From contig NZ_CP156677.1 of NCBI RefSeq assembly GCF_048453025.1, forward strand, positions 952,613 to 976,612: a DNA stretch of 24,000 nt. The letters run 5' to 3'. Below the pieces are notes generated by a model. The model was not told where the DNA came from. It was given only the letters and a program-made list of their open reading frames with translations, and did not search any database. This document shows, piece after piece, positions 1 through 8,454 of this stretch. A program made the translations under genes and the position numbers. Each line of letters starts with the position of its first letter. Positions within the stretch are counted from its first letter, which is position 1. Origin of the DNA: Phosphitispora sp. TUW77 (lineage in GTDB: Bacteria; Bacillota; Thermincolia; Thermincolales; UBA2595).

Positions 1-32
1 AGTATTAGGGTGCGAACGAGAATAACCAGCAA
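1..32 (-). CDS. Possible 5' end of an unidentified CDS running off the left edge (partial)
   Basis: The reverse complement of 41-48 is AAGGAGGG. A TTG (complement of 30-32) lies 8 nt downstream and opens a hydrophobic reading frame (LLVILVRTLI...). Only 10 codons are visible. Confidence 0.25.
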   Translation of the reverse strand, partial: MLVILVRTLI

Positions 33-213
33 ACTGCTGTCCCTCCTTATGTGTAACAGTGAATACTTTTAATCAAATATTTACATAAACATTTTAACCA
101 TAAGGCAGGTGTTTTATTAGAGGTGTTAAGAAAGCTGAGGGCAAAGTAATAATTACGCGTATCCTATATGGGGCCAGTGACTATCAAACCATTTTATAAA
201 AAATCAAACATAA

Positions 214-246
214 GAAAAGCACCTGTTAATCACAGGTGCTTTTCTT
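214..246 (-). terminator. Rho-independent terminator of the aminotransferase gene (palindromic, could act in both directions)
   Basis: Perfect 12-bp stem aaaagcacctgt / acaggtgctttt (215-226 / 232-243) with loop taatc. On the minus strand it is followed by a U-rich tract (TTTTCTTATGTTTGATTTTTT). It lies 18 nt past the stop at 264. Confidence 0.85.
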
Positions 247-263
247 ACTATCATTGCTAAGTT

Positions 264-1451
264 TTACGACAAACTGAACTCCTTGGCCAGTTCCCTGAAA
301 GCAGGCAGTGAGTTCAAAATTATCTGTTTATCTATACAGTATGTCATCCTGAAATAGCCCGGTTTTCCAAAACCAGCTCCCGGTACCAGGAGGATATTGT
401 ATTTTTGGGCAGCCTTTACGAACTCAACATCATCTGGAATTGGTGATACCGGGAAAAGGTAGAAGGCACCCGCAGGTTTAACCATCTTAAAGCCCATTTC
501 AGTGAGGTTGTTGTACAAAATATCGCGTTTTTCCTGGTAGAGGGCTATATCCACACTCTCCCTCTGCAGGCCGGTTACCAATTGCTGCATCAGTGCCGGG
601 GCATTTACGAAACCGAGAATCCGGTTAGAAAATGTCATTCCCTCCATAACCAGTGAGAGGTTTTTAACCCGGGGGCTTACTGCAAGATAACCTATACGTT
701 CTCCGGGGAGGGCCAGGTCTTTACTATGAGAGGTAACGATAATGCTGTTATCAATGTGTTTAAAGACATTGGGCACCTTAATCCCGTCATAACTGATTTT
801 AGCATATGGCTCGTCGGAAATGACATAGATTTCTGTCCCCAGTTCCGCTTCTTTTTTCTTCAGCAGTTTCCCCAGATTTTCCAGGGTCGCACCATCATAA
901 ACCACTCCTGTAGGGTTGTTTGGGGAGTTAATAATAATTGCCTTGGTTTTAGGTGTTATTGCAGCTTCTATAGTTCCCAGATCGAGCTGGAAGTCTTCTT
1001 TAGCAGGAGCTGCCTTGACAATCCCGCCGTGGTTGTCTATATAAAAGTTGTATTCAACAAAATAAGGAGGAATGATGATGACTTCTTCGCCTGGGTTAAG
1101 GAGTGTTTTCAAAACGACATTGAGCGCACCTCCGGCGCCAACTGTCATTACAATGTTTTCTTCGGTAAGGTCCAGGCCTGATTCTTCTGAAAGCACTTCG
1201 GCAACAGCCTGCCGTGTTTTAGAGTAGCCGGCATTGCTCATATAACGGTGCATGCCCGGAGCAGGGCTTAAAGCAGCTTTTTTTAGTTCTTCTTTAAAGG
1301 CGTCCGGGGGTTCGATGTCGGGATTACCCAGGGTGAAGTCATAAACATTTTCCGGACCGTATACTTTCCTGAGCTTTTCTCCTTCTTCAAACATAGCCCT
1401 AATCCATGAGGAACGCTTTAGATTTTCTGCAACTTTTTTTGAGATGCCCAA
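264..1451 (-). CDS. PLP-dependent class I/II aminotransferase (aspartate/alanine aminotransferase-like)
   Basis: Family motifs are present: NPTGVVY, the SHSKDLALPGERIGY Lys-PLP motif and an N-terminal KRSSWIRAMFE-type segment. I moved the start from the ORF-track 1523 to the TTG at 1451, because AAGGAGGG (complement of 1459-1466) lies 7 nt upstream. This gives 395 aa. Confidence 0.9.
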   Translation of the reverse strand: MGISKKVAENLKRSSWIRAMFEEGEKLRKVYGPENVYDFTLGNPDIEPPDAFKEELKKAALSPAPGMHRYMSNAGYSKTRQAVAEVLSEESGLDLTEENIVMTVGAGGALNVVLKTLLNPGEEVIIIPPYFVEYNFYIDNHGGIVKAAPAKEDFQLDLGTIEAAITPKTKAIIINSPNNPTGVVYDGATLENLGKLLKKKEAELGTEIYVISDEPYAKISYDGIKVPNVFKHIDNSIIVTSHSKDLALPGERIGYLAVSPRVKNLSLVMEGMTFSNRILGFVNAPALMQQLVTGLQRESVDIALYQEKRDILYNNLTEMGFKMVKPAGAFYLFPVSPIPDDVEFVKAAQKYNILLVPGAGFGKPGYFRMTYCIDKQIILNSLPAFRELAKEFSLS

Positions 1452-1618
1452 TATATTACCCTCCTTAGATTTTCCAGTGGTTTTTGGCAAAGAAATTAAT
1501 GTTATTATAGCACAAACTGCCAATTTGTCACAAATGAAACTTTATACTGTATAGACTGTGGAGGAAAAAACAAATTGTTAGTAGAACTAAAATACAGTAT
1601 TTATATTTTGAAGGAGGA

Positions 1619-2035
1619 ATGTCAAATATGGATTCGGTAGAACGGGCAGTACGGAGGATTACTTCAAATGACAGGTTTGCCAGGCTGGTTGGAACAGAGA
1701 TACAGGAGGTCAGGACGGGATACGCGCGGGTAAGCCTGAAAATAGAGGATAAGCATTTGAATTCCGTAGACATAACCCATGGCTCTGTTGTATTTACACT
1801 GGTAGATATGGCCTTTGCCCTGGCATCTAACTCTCACGGTCAGGTTTCTCTGGCTCTGAACATGAGTATCAATTTTCTCAAGGCAACCGCTGCCGGTGAT
1901 ATCCTCACCGCAGAGGCGACAGAGGATAAGCTGACCAATCGCACCGGACTTTACAGGATAATTGTAAATGATGAAATCGGTGAAATCGTCTGTGTGGCAG
2001 AAGGTTTGGTTTATAGAAAAAAAGAGCTAATTTGA
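1619..2035 (+). CDS. PaaI-family hotdog-fold thioesterase
   Basis: 138 aa with a PaaI-like pattern: FARLVGTEIQEV..GYARVSLKI..HLNS.DITHGSVVFTLVDMAFALA. The SD GAAGGAGGA lies immediately upstream of the ATG. Confidence 0.8.
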   Translation: MSNMDSVERAVRRITSNDRFARLVGTEIQEVRTGYARVSLKIEDKHLNSVDITHGSVVFTLVDMAFALASNSHGQVSLALNMSINFLKATAAGDILTAEATEDKLTNRTGLYRIIVNDEIGEIVCVAEGLVYRKKELI

Positions 2036-2070
2036 GAGGCCTGATACCAGGCCTCTCAAATTATTTGTTT
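2032..2070 (+). terminator. Rho-independent terminator after the PaaI thioesterase gene
   Basis: Stem ttgagaggcctg / caggcctctcaa (2032-2043 / 2048-2059) with loop atac, followed by attatttgttt. The stem overlaps the stop codon. Confidence 0.85.
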
Positions 2071-2172
2071 GAGTGCGTGAAACCGTATAAATGGGTTCAG
2101 CAGGAAGTAAAATATAGAGAGGAAATTTTATTTCCGAGAGACTTAGTACTAATATAAGGAGGCAGCAGAGTA

Positions 2173-3306
2173 TTGGATGACGTAAAAAGTGCTGCAGGGA
2201 ATACTGTTGAAAATGAGGTTGTTGAAAATGAGGTCAGGGAAGGCTCTGCCTTAGCTGTTTTTAAAATTGCGGCAACATATGTCGGCACGGTTGTGGGGGC
2301 AGGCTTTGCTTCGGGGCAGGAGGTACTGCAATTTTTTGGCAAGTTCGGTTTTATTGGCTTTGTCGGCTTGCTGGCCGCAACTGCTATGTTTGTCTTGTTT
2401 GGCTGGGCGGTTCTGGATATGGGAATGAGGCTTAAGGCCCAATCGCATCTTGAAATAATAAGACATATCGGGGGACGTTGGCTGGGAACTGTGATTGATT
2501 ATGTGATTACATTTTTTCTCTTTGGCGCTTTTACGGCAATGGCTGCCGGGGCAGGGGCAATTTTTGCGGAGCAGTATCAGTGGCCTTCTGTTATTGGCAG
2601 TGCCGTTATGATAGCAATAACGGTAGCCACAGTAATGTTGGGACTCAGAGGTGTGATTGCTTCAATAAGTATGGTAGTACCGGTGTTGCTGGCTTCAGTG
2701 GTTGGGATGGCAGTTTGGACGATCATTAATACAAAATTTTATGCAAACCCGGTGATAGGTACAGTTCCTTTTAAAGCTGCAGTGCCATTTTGGCCTTTGG
2801 CAGCGGTTCTGTATGTATCATATAATTTGGTAATGGCGGTAGCTGTACTGGCTCCTACAGGAGCTAGGTATAATAGACCTGAGCTCCTGGCAAAGGGGGC
2901 AATATTTGGCGGTATTGGATTAGGGCTTGGGGCAGCAGCTATTTTTTTAGCCATAGCTCCTAATCTTCCTATGGCCGGAAGATTTGAGATTCCCATGTTG
3001 TATGTGGCCGGAACTATGAACCCTTTGTTCAGGAGTTTTTACAGTATAGTGCTCTTAGCTGAAATTTATACAACAGCAGTAGGAAGTCTTTATGGTTTTG
3101 TGGTCAGACTTATCCCTGAAAACACTCCTCAGGCCAAGTATTATATTATTGGTACTGCGGCAGCTGCATTCCTGGCCAGCCTGGTTGGCTTTTCTACTCT
3201 GGTAAGGACAGTTTATCCTGCAGTAGGATATGCGGGTCTGTTGCTGTTGCTGGGCCTTACTTATAAGCTTATCTGGAAAGGAAAAGGCACTGAAAATACA
3301 ACTTAA
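2173..3306 (+). CDS. ykvI: YkvI-family polytopic membrane protein (putative transporter)
   Basis: The N-terminal motif IAATYVGTVVGAGFASGQEVLQFF matches the YkvI family signature as I recall it. The rest is multi-TM and Gly/Ala/Val-rich. TTG start with AAGGAGG about 10 nt upstream. Confidence 0.75.
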   Translation: MDDVKSAAGNTVENEVVENEVREGSALAVFKIAATYVGTVVGAGFASGQEVLQFFGKFGFIGFVGLLAATAMFVLFGWAVLDMGMRLKAQSHLEIIRHIGGRWLGTVIDYVITFFLFGAFTAMAAGAGAIFAEQYQWPSVIGSAVMIAITVATVMLGLRGVIASISMVVPVLLASVVGMAVWTIINTKFYANPVIGTVPFKAAVPFWPLAAVLYVSYNLVMAVAVLAPTGARYNRPELLAKGAIFGGIGLGLGAAAIFLAIAPNLPMAGRFEIPMLYVAGTMNPLFRSFYSIVLLAEIYTTAVGSLYGFVVRLIPENTPQAKYYIIGTAAAAFLASLVGFSTLVRTVYPAVGYAGLLLLLGLTYKLIWKGKGTENTT

Positions 3307-3387
3307 ATTTGCAGGAAATGGCAGCCTGGTGTTGAATATTGTCAAAAGGATAATCTTGACAAAACAACTGCCAGGGGGTAATAAAAC

Positions 3388-4188
3388 TTGTTTAAAAGAA
3401 TAATGTTGGTAGTAATTATTATGGTTTCAGGTCTGCTGACAGGTTATTATTCACAACCGGTGTATAATATCATTTGGTCAGGTATAGAGAAGATACCGGG
3501 TGTGTTTAAAGATGCGGAAGACCACAAAGGCCGGGCTGGTAATGCGGAAGAAAATACTGACAAATATATCCCTGCAGAAGAAGCTGTTAGTGCAGTAAAA
3601 AATATCCCATGGGTAAACAATCTAATTAGAGTATCTGAACTTGATGGAACCGAATTGATATTTGAGATTGAATGTGAACCTTCAGATGACTGCCCTATCT
3701 GGCTGGTTGAAGTTACTGAGAGGTTTCCCGACAGGGTTCCTGAAACCAAGTATTTTCAGGTTGCAGCCGAATCGGGCAGGGCCCTTGATGTTCAGGAGAA
3801 AGACTTGATAATTTCAGGCATTAGCCTTGGTATGACTAGGGATAAAGTCAAAGAGGCCGCTGGCAGTCCAAAAAAAACATGGCGCAAATGGGATAACCTG
3901 GTGCGGCAGACACTCAGAACCGATACTTATACAGGAATGGAAGTTGTTTATGATAAAAATGATGTTGTGGTTAAAGTGGCTGCTTCAGAGCAGGGGTTTT
4001 CTGGCCCAGGAGGGGTTGAGGTTGGTGATTCTAAACAGGATATTATCAGGAAACTGGGGAAGGCAGGGTCTGTGCAGACCAATTTATGGACATATACTGT
4101 TTTAGATAAGGATTGTAAACTGTTTTTGGATATTAACGGTGAATGCCGGGTAACGGTTGTCACCATTTGTTCGGGCCTGCTTGACTGA
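3388..4188 (+). CDS. Hypothetical membrane-anchored or secreted protein
   Basis: N-terminal hydrophobic anchor MFKRIMLVVIIMVSGLLTGY followed by a soluble region. TTG start preceded by AGGGGG. No family recognised. Confidence 0.6.
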   Translation: MFKRIMLVVIIMVSGLLTGYYSQPVYNIIWSGIEKIPGVFKDAEDHKGRAGNAEENTDKYIPAEEAVSAVKNIPWVNNLIRVSELDGTELIFEIECEPSDDCPIWLVEVTERFPDRVPETKYFQVAAESGRALDVQEKDLIISGISLGMTRDKVKEAAGSPKKTWRKWDNLVRQTLRTDTYTGMEVVYDKNDVVVKVAASEQGFSGPGGVEVGDSKQDIIRKLGKAGSVQTNLWTYTVLDKDCKLFLDINGECRVTVVTICSGLLD

Positions 4189-4223
4189 AGCAGGTTCTAA
4201 TTTTAATTATGAGGTGATTTTGA

Positions 4224-5057
4224 TTGCAGGATAAATGGATTTTAGGGATTATTCAAAATAGGGTAACAGAAGAAAAAGCCCGGAACATAAACAAGGCCAG
4301 GGACATGATCAGTGAAGCTGCGGCACGGGGTGCGAGAGCAGTTGCTCTTCCCGAGATGTTTAATTGTCCGTATGACAACAAGGCATTTCCATTGTTTGCC
4401 GAGTCTTATCCCGGAGGAGAAACAATACGGATGCTTTCAGAAGCCGCTGCAGCAAATAAAATTTATGTTTTTGGCGGCTCCATTCCTGAAGAAGAGGGTG
4501 ACCGCATATACAATACATGTTTTGTTTTTGGACCTGATGGCACTTTTTTGGCCAGGCACCGGAAAATGCACCTTTTTGATGTTGACATTAAAGGGAAGCT
4601 GAAGTTTAAAGAGTCGGATGCTTTGGGAGCCGGAAATGAGATAACGGTTGTGAACACATCCCTGGGGAAAATAGGTGTCGGAATATGCTATGATATCCGT
4701 TTTCCGGAATTAGCCAGGTTGATGAGTTTACAAGGTGCTGTATTGATGATTCTTCCTGCTGCCTTTAACATGGTCTCCGGCCCGGCCCATTGGGAGTTAT
4801 CTGTCCGGATGAGGGCGGTTGATAACCAGTTTTATGTCGCCGGGATAGCGCCAGCTAGGGATGAGACCGCTTCATATGTAGCTTATGGCCATTCAGTGGC
4901 AGCTGATCCTTGGGGTCAGGTAATCGGGGCTTTAGATGAAAAAGAAGGATTATTAATGGTTGAAATTGATCCTAAGAGAATAGAACAAGTCCGTAATGAG
5001 TTTCCCCTTTTGAAACACCGCCGCCAAGACATTTATGAGGTTAAAGGAAAATATTGA
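4224..5057 (+). CDS. Carbon-nitrogen hydrolase (nitrilase superfamily, omega-amidase/NIT2-like)
   Basis: The E-K-C catalytic triad is in its usual context: ALPEMF (Glu), HRKMHLFD (Lys), GICYDIRFPE (Cys). TTG start with GAGGTGA 6 nt upstream. Confidence 0.9.
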   Translation: MQDKWILGIIQNRVTEEKARNINKARDMISEAAARGARAVALPEMFNCPYDNKAFPLFAESYPGGETIRMLSEAAAANKIYVFGGSIPEEEGDRIYNTCFVFGPDGTFLARHRKMHLFDVDIKGKLKFKESDALGAGNEITVVNTSLGKIGVGICYDIRFPELARLMSLQGAVLMILPAAFNMVSGPAHWELSVRMRAVDNQFYVAGIAPARDETASYVAYGHSVAADPWGQVIGALDEKEGLLMVEIDPKRIEQVRNEFPLLKHRRQDIYEVKGKY

Positions 5058-5206
5058 TTATAATATCATTAATTGGGATATCATCAATTAGAATAGTTAT
5101 AATTCCCAAAACATATAAAAGGAGGATATTGTCTAAAAAAATAGAAATATAACGTAAGTATAAAACATGAAGTGTTTTTTCGAACTGCCACTGGGGGGGA
5201 GAGACC

Positions 5207-7435
5207 ATGGCTTTGAAAAAAACAAGACAGTCTTTATTAAATTTGATAAACCGGGTGGAGGTCAGATATTCTATAGGGTTAAGGACAAAAATGTTTATCC
5301 CTTTTTTTATCGCCACGTTCTGTGCTATTGCCGCTATTTCATATTATTCCATGAACCTGATTGGATCAAAAATTGAAGCAATGCAGCAGCAAAAGGTTAA
5401 TGATGTATTGACAGGGACTGTTGAAAATTTAAAGAACGAAACCTTCAACCTCGAAGCTTATGCCAGACTGCTGGCAGATTCGCCGGAATTAGAAAAGGCA
5501 GTGACCAGAAAAGATAAGAAAATGCTTTATGAGCTTTTGGTTCCTGTTAAGTACTATTCAGGACTTCATAAAATACAAATTTTTAATAGCAACAAAGAGA
5601 TTATAGTTGAATTATCAAGCCGAGTATTAGAAGCAAACCCTGCTGAAACTCGGCTTGTTCAACGTGCAATAGAGGGAGTAACCCGTTCTGATTTTAGTGT
5701 AACTAATAATGGCTTCGAAATTTTTGCGGCAACCCCCATTAATTTTGACCCTACCCGTTATGGTGTGCCAATTGGTGCCCTTATAGTTGACCGACATTAT
5801 GGCGATCTTGAGCTTTCACAGATAAAGGACCGGTCAGATGTAGAAATTAATGTGTTTCATGCCGGTAAACTGGTTGCTTCTACTTTAAATCAGGATACCC
5901 GTGCTGAAATAATACCCCAATTACTTGCTTCAATGGAGGATAATAGTTATCGGGTTTTGGTTTCTCAAGATCAGAATGAATACCTCAATGCTTGGCAAGC
6001 TATCGGTGATGATGGCATAATTTCCGTTATGGTCCCAAATGACTATTTGGTTGCTGCTATGGCTGAATTATCCAAGGATATCATAACAATTACCGTTGTT
6101 GCTGCAGCTTTAATATTTTTAAGCAGTTTCCTGCTGGCTGAGCTAATCCTCAGACCGCTGACCAATATGCTGAAAGTAACTACAGCAATCACTAATGGGG
6201 ATTTAAGCAAAAGAATCAAGATATTTACGGGTGACGAACTGGGACAACTTGCCAAAGCGATAAATTTTATGGCTGACAAAATTAAGGTCAGACTGGATGA
6301 AGCCGAAATGCTGGCTACAGTAGACGGTTTGACGGGTTTATACAATTACCGGTATTTTCAGCAGCGCCTTCGGGAGGAATTAAATAGGGCGGAACGTCTA
6401 AATTCGCCCATCTCCTTGGTAATGCTGGATATTGACTATTTTAAAAAGTATAACGATACTCATGGCCATCCGGCCGGTGATAAGGTAATTCATACCATAG
6501 GAGAGATTATCAAAAACAACATCAGGAGTGTGGATATTGCCGCCCGTTATGGGGGAGAGGAATTTGCCATCATTTTGGTTGATACTGTTCCAGATCAGGC
6601 ATATTATGTAAGTGAACGCATCAGGCAGGAGGTGGCCGGACACCTTTTTGCGGGCAGGGAGACTCAGCCAGGCGGTATCCTGAGTATTTCCGGGGGCATA
6701 GCCAGTGCGCCGTTTCCTGCTACTAAGCAGGATGAGCTCATAAAAATGGCAGATGATGCGCTTTACAAGGCTAAAAGAACTAACAGAAACAAGGTTGTTG
6801 TTTATTATTCGGGATTGGATGAACTTAAGCTTGTGGTTAATGAAGCTGACCATGGGCGGATTAATACTATTAATACTTTTATATCAATAATAAATTTAAA
6901 AGACAGATACACATATGGGCATTCGGAAAGGGTGGCTCAATATGCTTTTCTTATTGCAAAGGCCATGAATCTGGATGAGGCTTTGTTGAAAAAGATAAAG
7001 CTTGCCGCTTATCTGCATGACATTGGCAAGATTGAATTGGACAGAGAACTATTAAATAAAGCCGGGGAACTTTCATTGGAGGAAATAGAGATATTGCATC
7101 GCCACCCGGAAGTAGGGGCTGATATATTAAAATCAGTTAAATCCTTAAGTGATATTGCCCCACTGGTTCTGCATCATCACGAGAAGTTTAACGGGAAAGG
7201 TTATCCGGCGGGACTTTCCGGGGAAGCGATTCCTCTGCCAGCCAGAATCATCAAGTTGGCAGACAGTTTTGATGCTATGACATCTGTACGCCCATATCAG
7301 AAAAGAAAGAGTTTTCAGCAGGCTAAGGAAGAATTGGTTAAGTATTCCGGGATAGATTTTGACCCTGTCGTTGTAGAAGCATTTTTGCAGGTTCTGGATA
7401 AGACCAATTTTAATCTAACCAAAATGGTCTCCTAA
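5207..7435 (+). CDS. Membrane sensor with an extracytoplasmic (Cache-like) domain, HAMP, a GGDEF diguanylate cyclase domain and an HD-GYP phosphodiesterase domain
   Basis: Two TM segments flank an extracytoplasmic region of about 250 aa. HAMP: LRPLTNML..GDELGQLAKAINFM. GGEEF is at nt 6551-6565, with an RxxD I-site (RSVD, nt 6524-6535) five residues upstream. HD (HDIGK) begins at nt 7016, and HHHEKFNGKGYP carries GYP at nt 7199-7207. Confidence 0.9.
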   Translation: MALKKTRQSLLNLINRVEVRYSIGLRTKMFIPFFIATFCAIAAISYYSMNLIGSKIEAMQQQKVNDVLTGTVENLKNETFNLEAYARLLADSPELEKAVTRKDKKMLYELLVPVKYYSGLHKIQIFNSNKEIIVELSSRVLEANPAETRLVQRAIEGVTRSDFSVTNNGFEIFAATPINFDPTRYGVPIGALIVDRHYGDLELSQIKDRSDVEINVFHAGKLVASTLNQDTRAEIIPQLLASMEDNSYRVLVSQDQNEYLNAWQAIGDDGIISVMVPNDYLVAAMAELSKDIITITVVAAALIFLSSFLLAELILRPLTNMLKVTTAITNGDLSKRIKIFTGDELGQLAKAINFMADKIKVRLDEAEMLATVDGLTGLYNYRYFQQRLREELNRAERLNSPISLVMLDIDYFKKYNDTHGHPAGDKVIHTIGEIIKNNIRSVDIAARYGGEEFAIILVDTVPDQAYYVSERIRQEVAGHLFAGRETQPGGILSISGGIASAPFPATKQDELIKMADDALYKAKRTNRNKVVVYYSGLDELKLVVNEADHGRINTINTFISIINLKDRYTYGHSERVAQYAFLIAKAMNLDEALLKKIKLAAYLHDIGKIELDRELLNKAGELSLEEIEILHRHPEVGADILKSVKSLSDIAPLVLHHHEKFNGKGYPAGLSGEAIPLPARIIKLADSFDAMTSVRPYQKRKSFQQAKEELVKYSGIDFDPVVVEAFLQVLDKTNFNLTKMVS

Positions 7436-7452
7436 GAAAGGGGTATGGTGAA

Positions 7453-8346
7453 ATGGGCAGAAACAGATTTTTGAACGCGGTTATCTGTGTTATAATACTA
7501 ACATTTATAATAACTTTGGTTTCGGGATGCAGCAACAATGAGGCCGAAGAAAGTAAATCAGGACCCAATAATTCAGGGACAACAAACTCTGAAAAATCTT
7601 GTATTATGCTGGGCGGTTCAGGGTCTCACTTATCAATTATTGGGGAGTTGTCCAATGCGTTTATGGAGCAGAATCCCGCCATTAGGCTAGAAATAACGGA
7701 ACACCTGGGTTCCGCCGGCGGCATTAACAGCGTCAATCAAGGACTAATTGATATTGGCCTGGTTTCCCGGGAATTTCTGCCTGAAGAGCAGACACTTGGG
7801 CTGGAATATATACCTTATGCCAAGGTGCTGATAGGTTTTGCCGTTAACAATAATGTTAAGATTGAAAATCTGACCGAGGACCAGCTTCTGGGGATTTACA
7901 CCGCAAAAATCACCAATTGGAAGGAAGTTGGCGGGCCTGACCATGAAATTATTGTTCTTACCAGGGAACTGACGGAATCATCCAGGATTGTATGGGACAG
8001 GTGCCTAAATGGTTTTAAGAATGCCGGCAACTTACCTGGTGCAATATTGATAAGGACTGATCAGACGATGAACGAGGCTATTACTTCTATACCATATAGT
8101 ATTGGTTGGACAGACATGGGGGGGCTAACTCTCGAATACCCGGAACTTTCCATGCTAAAGATAAATGGAGTGAGTCCCGAGTATGAAATGGTCTTAAACG
8201 GGAAATACCCATATGCAAAAGAACTGGCCTTGGTAACAAAAGGGAAACCGGCAGGGGATGCTCTGAAATTCATTGATTTTATCCGAAGCTCAGAGGGTAC
8301 CCGGATTCTAACAGCCAAAGGTTATCTAGCTGCCGGTCAGGATTAA
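7453..8346 (+). CDS. PstS-like (PBP type 2) substrate-binding lipoprotein
   Basis: Signal peptide with lipobox LVSGC. The segment GGSGSHLSIIGELSNAF..GSAGGINSV..GLIDIGLVSRE resembles the phosphate-binding PBP fold. It starts 17 nt after the sensor gene. Confidence 0.7.
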   Translation: MGRNRFLNAVICVIILTFIITLVSGCSNNEAEESKSGPNNSGTTNSEKSCIMLGGSGSHLSIIGELSNAFMEQNPAIRLEITEHLGSAGGINSVNQGLIDIGLVSREFLPEEQTLGLEYIPYAKVLIGFAVNNNVKIENLTEDQLLGIYTAKITNWKEVGGPDHEIIVLTRELTESSRIVWDRCLNGFKNAGNLPGAILIRTDQTMNEAITSIPYSIGWTDMGGLTLEYPELSMLKINGVSPEYEMVLNGKYPYAKELALVTKGKPAGDALKFIDFIRSSEGTRILTAKGYLAAGQD

Positions 8347-8350
8347 GTAT

Positions 8351-8379
8351 TTCTCCAAAAGGCGGCATTATTGTATAAT
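8351..8379 (+). promoter_or_regulatory. Sigma-A-type promoter with an extended -10 for the GT2 operon
   Basis: TTCTCC (8351-8356), a 17-nt spacer containing TG (8372-8373), then TATAAT (8374-8379). Confidence 0.45.
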
Positions 8380-8454
8380 AGTTTTAGAGAGTATTGGCTA
8401 TATTATCCAGATAATAGGAGTTGTTTTTTAATTTGCCTCAATATGGGGGATAAG

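Noticed and set aside
726-1181. 151-aa plus-strand ORF inside the aminotransferase gene
   Set aside because: It is antisense to a CDS with clear PLP-aminotransferase motifs. It has no SD and no recognisable motifs.
264-1523. Long N-terminal extensions in the ORF track (also 8371, 9499, 11596, 16748, 17262 and 22843)
   Set aside because: The extensions lack SDs, overlap upstream genes or promoters, and add non-homologous residues. Internal starts with canonical SDs match the family N-termini better.
1543-1600. CTGT...ACAG elements resembling an E. coli-type LexA box
   Set aside because: The half-sites are about 40 nt apart rather than 8 nt. Firmicute LexA recognises GAAC-N4-GTTC, which is absent here. 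I kept the elements only as generic palindromes.
5120-5150. AAAGGAGGA followed by a 7-codon TTG mini-ORF upstream of the sensor gene
   Set aside because: It is too short to evaluate, with no attenuator-like structure linked to it.
5167-5376. 69-aa plus-strand ORF overlapping the start of the sensor gene
   Set aside because: It is out of frame with the sensor CDS, which has a G-rich SD. It has no SD of its own and is implausible as a separate gene.
6398-6853. 151-aa minus-strand ORF inside the GGDEF region
   Set aside because: It is a shadow of the strongly supported sensor CDS, with no SD or motifs.
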